Shown piece by piece: positions 11,448-21,210 of a stretch of 21,210 nucleotides of DNA. The notes below the pieces were generated by a model, which had not been told where the DNA came from, searched no databases, and saw only the letters and a program-made list of their open reading frames with translations. The stretch covers positions 62,001-83,210 of the forward strand of contig JALJEE010002473.1 of the NCBI GenBank assembly GCA_023231475.1, written 5' to 3'. The stretch's first letter is position 1, and each line of letters opens with the position of its first letter. Position numbers and translations under genes: made by a program. Source of the stretch: Seison nebaliae. Its lineage: Eukaryota.

Positions 11448-12253
11448 TGTTTATCATTCTCTTGTCTAAAGAACAATTCAATCTGGAAATTGATTTCCTT
11501 TCAAAATAATTTGATTTATGAATTGTCACAAAAATAAATTTATTTTATCTTTAAATTTATTATCATTAAACGTATGGTGAATTCAATTTTAAACCATATG
11601 AACTCGATATAGATCTCGATATAATTTCACTTTGTCAATTGAATTTCTTGTCGATTCTCATATGAATTCAATGTTCCATCACTAGTAAACATCCATTAAA
11701 TTTATGTTATGTATGTGTATATGGAGAGTGGAATATCTTTTATCAATGACAATATTTCAAAATTTTTCCTTCCTATTCTTTCTTTCTAATTATTTGGATC
11801 ATCTTGGATGAACAACTTTTGTAGTAGCCAAATGAAACTGTTGTTGTTTGAAATTTGAAAAATGTATAATCTATAAATGTTCCGAAATGATTCGTTAATA
11901 AATTGTGGGGTGGTATTCCTTCCTTACTCTCAAACAATGGTAATTGATCAATAAATTATGAAATTTTATTTCTTCTCGATCGTAACAATTATGTTTTTGT
12001 TTGTTGAATTTGTTTCCTTCGTTCATTTATATTACGTTCTAATTAGAAGCGATATATGCATTCTACTATTACTGCTAGTCCAATAGTCGTAGTAATCGTT
12101 ATTTAGTTAATGTAATTATAAATATTTGGTTTCTTGTAAAATAAATAAGTTAATCATCATCTGCTTGTTTATTTTGAAGGAGAAAAAAAAACAACAATAT
12201 TACCAATAAAAGTTTATTAGATTTTGTTCATATTTAGTAATAAATGAGTCCAA

Positions 12254-13946
12254 TTAATTTTGTATTCGTGCATTCTCCAACGATCTTACATGAGTATATG
12301 GTCCGAATTCACGAACCGGTTGATATAATCGATGTCCTGTAGAGCCTTCTTCTTTGAATACATATTCTGCTGCTCCACTATCCAATACAGCAGCCGGACA
12401 CGGATCAACTTTCTTTGCAGTATAATCATTACGATAATTAGTAGTACCGTCGAATGGCGAAGAGTTTTGGAGAGCAGCATTTTCTGGTTTCATACTTTTC
12501 ACTTTCGTATTTGGTTGATTGATGAAATGATTCTTATATGTACTTTCTCCATCGAATGGTGCGGCTGGTGGAACATAGCGGTCCTTTCCATGAGCTGCTG
12601 GTGGTTTCTTACCATTCCACTTATGGAAATCATCTCGATATGTTGTGTCTCCCTAAAATTTCAGATAAAAAATGTTAAGAAGGAAAATTGATACTTGGAA
12701 TGGAGCATCCGTCGTTTGATGGGCGACTGGTTTCATTAATTCAGCTCGATCTGTTGATTTTGGTATGAATTCTGATCGATAATTTGTATGAGTTTCCATC
12801 GATGCATCTGGTGGTTGATATGTATTTCCCGGTGCCATACTTTTACTTTTTTCGGCATTCCATTTCACATAATCTCTTTTGTTTGTTGTATCATCTTCAA
12901 ATGGTGCATCAGAATGTACTCCCTGAAACCATAAAATATTTATTAATATCGAATTAATTGATAATTTAACTTGTGTTTGTGGTTTGTAAGAATTGGCTTG
13001 AGAAGCTTGTTTTGGAGTATAATCTCTTCGATTTGTCGTCAAATCATCTAACGGATTAGTATTAGGCTGATATTCGTTTCCTTTCTTTTGTTCTCGTGCT
13101 GCAATTGGATGAGGAATGAAATCATCCCGATATCCTAAAAACAATTTTAATTTGGAATTTTAAATATTTCCAATAAAAATTTCAAACCAGTTCGATTATT
13201 AAATGGTTCGGTTGACAAGAGTGCTTCATTATTCGGTTTTATTAATGGACGTTTTGTCGCATCATGTCGTATGAAATCATTCTTATAACTTGAATCACCA
13301 TTAAACGCATCCGATGGTGGTTGATAGGCATTATCCTGTTTAATCGGTTGCGTCTTGTCCACATCCCAACGTTGATAATCGGTCCGATATGTCGGATTAC
13401 CTTCAAATGCTCCACTGACCATAGCCGATCGGTCTGGCTTCATCGTTCGAGTTTTTGACACTTGTTTAGCTTCATTAATAGAATTTATAATGTTTCTTCT
13501 AAAAAATACAAATTTAATTTAACGAATGAATTCCTGTTTGTAGCTGGTTAGACCATCCATGTCACCACTTGGTCGTTGATATGGTTGTAAGTTTTTAGTT
13601 GGACGTTGACTCAACGGATGTTGAATATAATCCACACTGAAACAAATGAAAATTATTTGAATTTAAAGGGAAGAGCAAACCGATTAGTTGTTTCTTCTTG
13701 CATTGGCGCATCAGAGGATAATGCGACATTTTCCGGTTTAAAACTTTGAACCTTTTCCGTTGGCACATTTTTAAATGAATTATTATATTCTGTATAATAG
13801 CATGCCTCCCCACTCGGACCGGAAACACCCCAAGGTCTATGAGGACATTTATGTAAACTAAAAAGTTTCGTAGATTGAGAGAAGATTGAAACAAAAAAAA
13901 AACCAAACCCGCATGTACAAATTTCACAAATACATTTTTCCACCAT
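12254..13946 (-). CDS. SAXO: Stabilizer of axonemal microtubules (SAXO/FAM154 family), about 466 aa
   Basis: Exons 13946-13909, 13857-13681, 13636-13524, 13469-13188, 13134-12971, 12922-12695, 12652-12254 (introns 51, 44, 54, 53, 48, 42 nt; 1401 nt in frame). N-terminal CICEICTCG|LHKCPH motif and about 12 Mn-like repeats of the P[FM]..T[TS][YN]R.D[YF] type (TTNRVDY, TSYKQEF, PTYRTDY, SSYKNDF, TGYRDDF, TTNRRDY, TTNKRDY, TNYRSEF, TTYRDDF, STYKNHF, TNYRNDY). Confidence 0.93.
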
Positions 13947-14398
13947 TTCAATTGGAAATCGATTCAATCAACACCGATATCGGATTTAGTTAATAAAAAT
14001 CGTTAAGAATATTTATAGTTGATTTATAAAATGTATTCTATGCCGATACTTTTCCTATCATCAATGAATCTATGTATCAATTCAGTTAGGTACGTATGAG
14101 TATAAAGAACTTACAATAAAACAATAATTTAAAAAAGTTGAGAGAATTCAATTGTTTCGATTTGAACAGAAATTAAAAGAAAAGAAAAAATTTGAGTTAC
14201 TGCTAAAAACATAAAATTGCGCAGAGTTACCTTTATAGCACAAGTGTGGTAATTTATTATAATATTAATGCAATTATCTTCCAACTTATGATATCAGCAC
14301 GATCAACTCAATGAAATTTTATGCAGGTCTAGAGGAACTATTAATGAAATATTATATTGAAAATGAAAATAGTATTCTGTTTGTCTTTTCTTCTATTT

Positions 14399-14420
14399 GT
14401 TGCTATGGTAACTAAACAAA
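14399..14420. promoter_or_regulatory. RFX X-box with adjacent forkhead-like core upstream of SAXO
   Basis: GTTGCTATGGTAAC (14399-14412) matches the palindromic X-box consensus and is followed directly by TAAACAAA; about 450 nt upstream of the ATG of a ciliary gene. Confidence 0.75.
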
Positions 14421-14861
14421 GTTCTAATAAATACGAACAATACGACTCTCTGAGCTAAATATTTTTTGCTTACCATTATGAATTGGAATTTGTCGACTGG
14501 AATTTGTCGACTAGAAATCAACAGGTTCCAATTCGAAACTATGTCTCCAATCGAACAAAATATCGTAATCACCAACTAGTATAATCGAATGTAAAAAAAT
14601 AAGAAAAATGATAACCGTCGACTTTGTTGTGAATTGAGATTATTTAGATGATTTGTTTTACTTGTGTCATTGATTATGTTATTACTCCAGATTGCCATGT
14701 GTCATAAAAAAGATGTTTTGTAAGAACGACAGATGAATTGTTGTTGCGAGAAAAAAAAGTTTCACTCAATCGAATGTTTCTTCCCAATGAATGAAATGTT
14801 TATTATAAACTAGTTCAGATTGACGGTAGAAATGTCCTAGCTATCATCCGTTATACTATTT

Positions 14862-14875
14862 GTTGTCATGGTAAC
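14862..14875. promoter_or_regulatory. Second RFX X-box upstream of SAXO
   Basis: GTTGTCATGGTAAC, near-consensus 14-bp X-box about 915 nt upstream of the SAXO ATG. Confidence 0.6.
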
Positions 14876-15228
14876 AGTGAAGTTGGATGTCGGAAACCTT
14901 TCATTATTATTACGATAGAACATTTTTTTAAGGAAATGTTAAAGAGGTTAAGAAGGTTAAAATTTATTTTCTCTACATAATGCGAGAAATATAGAGCGAA
15001 TAAATTTCAATTAGAATAATGCATATTATAATGACCAATACATTTCGTTTCGGACAACAACATATCACATATTCTTATGTGGAATGGAAATCATTGGAAA
15101 TGAGAATTATTCAAGATTAAAAGAAAATTCTTTGAGAATTTAGAAAAGTTCGAAAACTTTCAATGATGTCGCATTAAAAATAACAATATTTTTGTAATAA
15201 TTTCTTCTGATATTAGTTTACTTTTTAT

Positions 15229-15882
15229 TTATCCTCCAAAGAAGATGGAAAGTAGCAGAAGAAACATAAGTTGTTGATTGATGTGGAAGTTCGTTGCATG
15301 ATTACAGTAATCGTAATCCCGACAAGCATGTCGTGTATAGCCTAAGCCAAAAAATGTTACTTGTACTCCAAAGCCTAATTTGCTACAACTTCTCTTCACT
15401 CGAGTATGTGGAGATTTGAATACTTCTTTCTGAAACGAAGAAATTAAAAGGAAATAAAAGAAAATTGACATAACCATACAATAAAAGCCATGACATACAT
15501 TACTTGAATCGATAATCATATGATCCGGATTAGCTAAATCCAAATAAGTCGAATTACTACAATAAGCATCGACATTCGAATCACATCGATAGCAAGTTCG
15601 ATTACTTGATGGTAAATTTAGACTTCTTGTAACTGCTGAATCGTAATAAAAGAATTGCGTTTGTAATTTGGGGAATGTTGCTGACGTGGTAAAAGAGAAA
15701 TTGGATGGAGCAACATTGAAAATTTTATTTTTCTTCTTCATGCCAATGATTCCTTGAAGTAGTTCAAGAAAATTGAATGGACTTTTTCCACCTTCTCTCG
15801 ATAATATTGTGCGGCATTCGACGTTCGTTGATAATGAGAGAAAAGTTAAAGGAATTACCAATAGAAGAAATTTTCGTTTCAT
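15229..15882 (-). CDS. Secreted/GPI-anchored Ly6/uPAR three-finger protein (sleepless/quiver-like), about 202 aa
   Basis: Exons 15882-15475 and 15429-15229 (45-nt in-frame intron GTTATG..TTTCAG). Signal peptide MKRKFLLLVIPLTFLSLS; LU domain TCYRCDS..YC..VCHGFYCM|K..VKRSC..HACRDYDYCN; hydrophobic C-terminus LMFLLLLSIFFGG typical of a GPI signal. Confidence 0.85.
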   Translation of the reverse strand: MKRKFLLLVIPLTFLSLSTNVECRTILSREGGKSPFNFLELLQGIIGMKKKNKIFNVAPSNFSFTTSATFPKLQTQFFYYDSAVTRSLNLPSSNRTCYRCDSNVDAYCSNSTYLDLANPDHMIIDSSNVCHGFYCMVMSIFFYFLLISSFQKEVFKSPHTRVKRSCSKLGFGVQVTFFGLGYTRHACRDYDYCNHATNFHINQQLMFLLLLSIFFGG

Positions 15883-16326
15883 TCTTTCTCACACAACTTC
15901 CCAAAAAAGATGAATAAAAGTTATGATACGACAAATTATTTCTTATCGTGGTTTACTAAAGAACTTTCTTCTTTAATAGTCTGACACAATTTTTCATGAT
16001 AACAGTACCTGAAAGAAGAAGACAAAGAGAAGTGTTGACGGAAGGAATTTTTTTACGATAAAAGTTTCTTCGGGAAATATCTTCGTCGAATTCATTATGA
16101 AATCAGAGAGGTTTAAATACTAAAATCAACATTGTCGTTCAACTTTTTCTGAGGAGAGGAAGACGTTTCGACAGCTAGACTTGAACGAAAGATGATCTTA
16201 TAATTTTATTGATAAATTACAAATTACCGATAAAATTCTTTTCAAAAAAGTATTTATTTAATAAAAAAATTAAAAGAGTTCTTTTTCAAGAATTTCATTC
16301 ATTTTCATAGAAAAATTTCATTCAGT

Positions 16327-18297
16327 TTAGCTATTTAAATTTGATTCTACATGGCGATTGTTGTGGAAGACATAATGACCATCGGATGTTTTCCTATTAT
16401 CTAAATTTAATAGTTCAAGTGATTCGTTTGTCGCTTCAAAGTTTCTGACAAATTGTTCTTTTCCATAATCATTTGAATGAAAATTTTTGGGATAATTATT
16501 CTTTGAATTATTATTATTGTGATGATTGTGATGATAATTAGAATTATGATTTTGATAAGAATTATGTGGTCGATGTGTTTGTTGACGATAATTTGTTTCA
16601 TAATAATGATCATTATTTGAATGATTATCAGTTTTCAAATGTGAATCATCATTCTGATTTTTAATTCCCATACAATCAGTAAATTCTCTAATTCTTTGTT
16701 CATCAGTCATTGAACCATTTTTTATTCGATTTAAAATCATATAAGTCTCATATAAAGCCTTCTCAACTGTTCTCGTTCCAGCATCATGCCAACAAGATTT
16801 ACCAACGTTATTCATAGGATTAATTGGATCTTCAACACAAATATGATATGGTTTCTTTCTCAATGGATGTAGTTTACATTGACAACTCTTGATTGTAGCA
16901 TCAGCGATGGAATAAGTGATTCGACGTGAGAACGGATATTTTTTTGAATAGAATTCGAAAAAATCGAAAACTAAATCAAATAATTGTTTGTTATTCTTTT
17001 CAGGGAGTGGTGCTAAATCATAATATAATTTACGTTGATGTGACGTCAATGAAATATTTTTCAATGGAATTATTGCTGGAGAGCAGGCGAATTGAAGAAA
17101 GAAGATTGCCAACAATGTCCAAGTGTATCCTTTTAGTGTACATTGTTGTGGACGTGGATTTGAGACTTCATGATATTTTGCCCAATGTTTTATGAGAAAT
17201 AAGAAAGGAGCAATTCGTGGATCGAACGAAAGAATATTTCTAAGTAATCCTGAGATTAATGTGGAATCCGTTCGATTTACAGTCAATTCGCAAGTGATGA
17301 TTTTCTTAAAAACATTCACTTCCCATCGAATTAGTGGAACGTTCACTTTCAATAATCGACATACCTTTTGTATTGGAATGATTGATGTACCATCGACATT
17401 TCTATCAATTACCGGTGTCGATTGGACATTGTAAGTTTTGAGAATTTTACTCATTTCCATTCGATTCTTCTCCAAATCTAATGCAGTAGCAGCTGTTGAT
17501 AAAAGTAATGATGTCACTTGATCAATGGGAGATGTTGAATGATCAAATTCCTCATTCGGATCCACTTCATGCTCATCATAATAATCATTGTTCAATGATT
17601 TTCCTCCAGATTGATGGAAAAAATCATGAACATTTGAATTCGACAAATTCTCTTTCTCCGTCGGATCCGTGTACGTCATCGGTCCATTGAATGTTCGATG
17701 ACGTCGAATACTTTCTAATCGTGAAGAACCGGTGCGTGTTACTTCACATCCAACTGACATGACACCAACATCAAATTCTGGTAATCGACAATTCTCTTCT
17801 AACAACGATGGAGAGACAGGAAATTGGATTTCTTTTGAGTAACCGTCACCATTAATCTTCGATCGATCATTATTTTGATTTGGATGATCATGAACATATT
17901 TCGATTCATCTTTCGATATCCAATATGGAACAATTGTCATATCAACATCGGATTCTCGGTCACAAAGACCATAGTCTGAGGAACCGAATAAGATGACTCG
18001 ATGTTTTTCACTAATATATTTTTGAACAATCTTCTCCATACGATCACGTAGTCGATGACGTTCTCTAATGTCATTAGATGTTAATGACAATTCTTTATAA
18101 AGATCAACAATTCGACAATTAATCCATTGAAATGCATTAGTTCCATTCGATTCATCGAATTGATTCTCATTCTTCCCACCATGAAGAGCCGTCAAATGAT
18201 TTACAATCACTTCATCCAACAGTTTTATATCTCTCTGACTGGGCACACCAAAATATTTTCCTAGGAAAAATTTAGCGACTCTATCCTTCATCTCCAT
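16327..18297 (-). CDS. Pol-beta-family terminal nucleotidyltransferase (non-canonical poly(A) polymerase/TUTase; Cid1/GLD-2/MTPAP/TUT1-like), 656 aa, intronless
   Basis: LFGSS..SDVDMTI nucleotidyltransferase motif; VPLIRW..CELTVN..DPRIAPFLFLIKHWAK..GYTWTLLAIFFLQ..PAIIP; PAP-associated domain FDLVFDFFEFYS..ICVEDPINPMNNVGKS; Asn/His-rich tail. Confidence 0.9.
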   Translation of the reverse strand: MEMKDRVAKFFLGKYFGVPSQRDIKLLDEVIVNHLTALHGGKNENQFDESNGTNAFQWINCRIVDLYKELSLTSNDIRERHRLRDRMEKIVQKYISEKHRVILFGSSDYGLCDRESDVDMTIVPYWISKDESKYVHDHPNQNNDRSKINGDGYSKEIQFPVSPSLLEENCRLPEFDVGVMSVGCEVTRTGSSRLESIRRHRTFNGPMTYTDPTEKENLSNSNVHDFFHQSGGKSLNNDYYDEHEVDPNEEFDHSTSPIDQVTSLLLSTAATALDLEKNRMEMSKILKTYNVQSTPVIDRNVDGTSIIPIQKVCRLLKVNVPLIRWEVNVFKKIITCELTVNRTDSTLISGLLRNILSFDPRIAPFLFLIKHWAKYHEVSNPRPQQCTLKGYTWTLLAIFFLQFACSPAIIPLKNISLTSHQRKLYYDLAPLPEKNNKQLFDLVFDFFEFYSKKYPFSRRITYSIADATIKSCQCKLHPLRKKPYHICVEDPINPMNNVGKSCWHDAGTRTVEKALYETYMILNRIKNGSMTDEQRIREFTDCMGIKNQNDDSHLKTDNHSNNDHYYETNYRQQTHRPHNSYQNHNSNYHHNHHNNNNSKNNYPKNFHSNDYGKEQFVRNFEATNESLELLNLDNRKTSDGHYVFHNNRHVESNLNS

Positions 18298-19004
18298 TGG
18301 AAGATAACAGAAACGATTAAAAATTTAATCTTTTATTATTCAGCACAATAAATTTTCTTCCACAGAAATTTGATTTTATTTTTTTCTATTCAAATAATTT
18401 AACTTTTTTACATTCCCATTCCAATTCTTTTTAACATATTTCTTCCTCGTTTTCCGTTTTCCACAGCTAAACAAATAACAACAACGGACAAAGTAAATTG
18501 ATCTTTATTTAGTTTGAATTATTGTATATATACAAGCGTATAACCAATTCGTCACGGGGTAAATTTAATAGAAAAAAGGTAAGTTTTTAGAAATATATAA
18601 ATTATATATATTTTTTATTCAAATCAAACTTCAGATGAAAAAATTTTAAAAGAAAAAAGATAATTTTATTGAAAAGTTGAATTTCGATTCGATTGAAGAA
18701 AACGAATCAAACAAATACTTTAAATCGTTTGAGAAAAAAAACAACATCCATTCCATAATGTGCTTTGTCCACTTGAAAGTGCGACCAAAAAGTGGATAAT
18801 TTACATAAATAAATGTGCAATTCAATTTTTGGCAATAACACGAAAAATATTATTTTAGTATGACTAGAGAATTCTTATGGTAAATATAAATTCCTAAATT
18901 TCAGTGACCTAAAAAGAGTTATTTTGTAAAATAATTAAAATTTTAATGAACGAAAAAAATAGTTTATTTCAATTTAACAATTTCATATTTTCATATTTTT
19001 TATT

Positions 19005-20241
19005 TTATAATTTATCGATAATATTTTTTAGTTTTATTGGGAGCAAATTCTCATCTTCTTCAGGATCATTCGAAATAGAGAACATATCTTTGAATAATAA
19101 TTTCAAATAATTTCTTTTTGTAATCATTGGTACCGAAATCGAATCATTCCAATTATGAGATCTTCCTAAACATTTTTCCATCAATTGTCTATGTTCTTTG
19201 TCCTTAAATAAAAAGAATTATCGTTTACTTAGAATTTAGTTAAGAAGATACAAATTTTTAACATTTTTTTCACAATATCTTAAAATAACCCACGGTTCTC
19301 GAGCGACATTCATGGTCAATAGATGATTTGAGAGTAATGAAAATTTTTCAAATTTTTGTCGCTGTTGACGTTCTAATTTCACCTGAGCTAAATTTGAAGT
19401 TTTTGACAATAATTCATTTTCATCTCGTTCCTGCAATTTGTCCACCAATTTCTTCTTTTGTATTTTTGCCGTAACTACATTGGAAACTGAAAAAGATTAA
19501 TTTCTTTTTATTTCATAAAGTAATTTCACCTTCAGATGATTTTGTTGATGAAACGTTATTAAATTGGTCGTCCGTTTTTGAAATGGTATTTTTGTTTAAG
19601 AATTGTTGATAACGAGACAGGAAATCAGAAGTGTCGAGATGTTTCGGTATCGGTCGAAATTGGACAAGAGCACTAATCGGATGAAGAATTAAACGATTGG
19701 GTTGTTGGAAGAATCCGACAGTAATTCTCTTCTTTGTAACATTAGTTGATGCACATGATGATTGTACAATATGCGTTTCCAACGAACCACTAAAATAAAT
19801 GAAATGATTGTAAAAAGAAAACTTTAGAAATTCCTTTAAACTTTTCACATAAATTATGATTACTCTTGTCATTCAGAAATTTACCTATTTGTTCTCCCAT
19901 TGGTCGATTATAATTCTCATTTGTTGTATCCAATTCATATTCGATTTCTATCTAAGAATTAATGCTATTATTAATCTTCTTTCGTAAAAGAAGAACACGT
20001 TTAAAAAACTTTTTTATATTTCTTCTTTATTCGACATTGTCTTATTTGATCTGATGAAATAGTTTGATATTGGCAAATGTTCGAATGTTGTGCCACGAAT
20101 AAAGTCGTTCCAAAAGATTTATCTAAAAACACGTCAATCTTTTTATTTGAATGCACTTGGAAAAATTGGATAAATATAAAATGTTGGAACCTCTTTAACT
20201 ATTGGATCATCAATGGAATTTATTGAATTTTCCATTGTCAT
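19005..20241 (-). CDS. POLR3E: RNA polymerase III subunit RPC5/C37 (Sin-like), short form of about 323 aa
   Basis: Exons 20241-20191, 20138-20010, 19951-19842, 19789-19530, 19486-19263, 19202-19005 (introns 52, 58, 52, 43, 60 nt; 972 nt in frame). DDPIVKE|IDVFL, RIKKKYKK|IEIEYELDTTNENYNRPMGEQI, LILHPISALVQFRP..HLD and EPWVILRY match human DDPVVQEIDVYL, KIKPKQQKVELEMAIDTLNPNYCRSKGEQI, LHLTPLHGILQLRP..YLD and EPWVHLHY. Confidence 0.88.
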
Positions 20242-21100
20242 CTTTCTTAATTATTTCTTTGTTAGACAATAAAGCCATAACTACGTATCAAGAAACACTA
20301 ACCTTAAATTATTTAAATGAAACGGAACAGAGAGTGATTTTCAAATTTCTGATGATTCTCTGACTCTTATTTTTTCGGAAACTTTAACTAATAACAGTTC
20401 ATTCTAAATTATTCAATTTAAGAAAAATGAGACATAAAATGGGAGAGATGTGTCGAGAGTTACACCATGGTAAAAAATTATATCTTATTCGTATGTAATA
20501 TGTCAATAATTATTTTCCACCTAAGCCTAAAAAGAATAAGTGGGAATTTGTGAACAAACATTAAGAACAACTCAATTTCTTATGATAATGAACTTCTGAT
20601 TTACACTAATGATATCTGTAATAACATTATCTCCCACAAAAATGGAATAATATCAATAGACTATACAGCTCTATTCAAAAGTAATCAAACAAAATTCGAT
20701 TTTTTTAAATGCTCATAACTTTCTTCAAATAGCATTATATGAGTAAAGGAGCATATCATTCGATATCCCCGTTCAAGCTCTTTCTAATAGTCCTAACTTC
20801 GGCAAAAATAAATGTAAAATTCGGTTTCAAATAATCCATTAATTAACAAACATTAATATTATATATATATTGTAAGTGTTGTATATATATTATATAATTT
20901 AATATACGTTGACTCCATCCGATTCGTCATAGCTGCCCAACACAATGGAATATAATAACGATTTAAATAGGAATATATTTTTCTGCTACTCTTTTTTCCT
21001 ATAAATTGTGATATTTGAAGAATCCAACTAATAGATGTGGATTCCTTCGGTCTGTCCATCAGTCTTCTTATTTCTTCGGACTGTTTTTTATTGACAAATT

Positions 21101-21210
21101 GACCGAATTAAAAAATTTTCAGTTATGGACTGTCCATTAAAACCAAAAACTTTATGTATGAAGAATTATTCTAATGGACAGTCCATAAGTAAGAAATTTT
21201 TCATTTGGTC
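21101..21210. repeat. Imperfect inverted repeat (fold-back/MITE-like), truncated by the window end
   Basis: Arm 21101-21139 vs reverse complement of 21172-21210: 33/39 matches, including a perfect 17-bp core TTATGGACTGTCCATTA; 32-nt spacer. Confidence 0.75.

Noticed and set aside
14484..14518. 14-bp tandem duplication TGGAATTTGTCGAC x2.5 and the overlapping 60-aa ORF 14393-14575
   Set aside because: A short local duplication with no further copies seen; the ORF has no ATG start or motif.
19883..19884. Consensus-looking donor AG|GTAAAT in POLR3E
   Set aside because: Wrong phase for the 19790 acceptor; homology favours the weaker GTTTAA donor at 19841.
20859..21059. 66-aa ORF near the right end
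   Set aside because: No transposase or other motif; it overlaps AT-rich and repeat-derived sequence.

Overview
AT-rich, gene-dense eukaryotic (metazoan) genomic DNA; no prokaryotic, mobile-element coding, CRISPR or RNA-gene features were recognised. Nine protein-coding genes can be modelled by hand once the many 41-60 nt GT-AG introns are removed, so the six-frame ORF track fragments or misses much of the coding sequence. In order: RUVBL2/reptin (5' part, minus); a secreted Hedgehog-related protein in which an unrecognised 8-Cys domain replaces the Hedge domain in front of a complete Hint+SRR (Hog) autoprocessing module (plus); a divergent BOULE/DAZ-like RRM gene (minus); a Ser-rich, GGPPGGPRGMAP/QQPPMRPP-repeat protein with a 13-nt microexon (plus); a ~1150-aa divergent AF9/ENL-like YEATS+AHD gene (minus); a SAXO/FAM154 axonemal microtubule stabiliser with two upstream RFX X-boxes (minus); a GPI-anchored Ly6/three-finger protein (minus); an intronless Pol-beta-family terminal nucleotidyltransferase with an altered active site (minus); and a short POLR3E/RPC5 (minus). 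An imperfect fold-back inverted repeat runs off the right edge. Most notable: the Cys-rich-Hog protein (candidate sterol-modified secreted ligand), the remodelled YEATS pocket, the D-to-E nucleotidyltransferase, and an atypical splice-site code (19 of 24 modelled donors are GTT; 6 of 24 acceptors are AAG). The compact AT-rich architecture suggests a small invertebrate, but the taxon cannot be established from this window. Family assignments rest on motif recall, not database searches.
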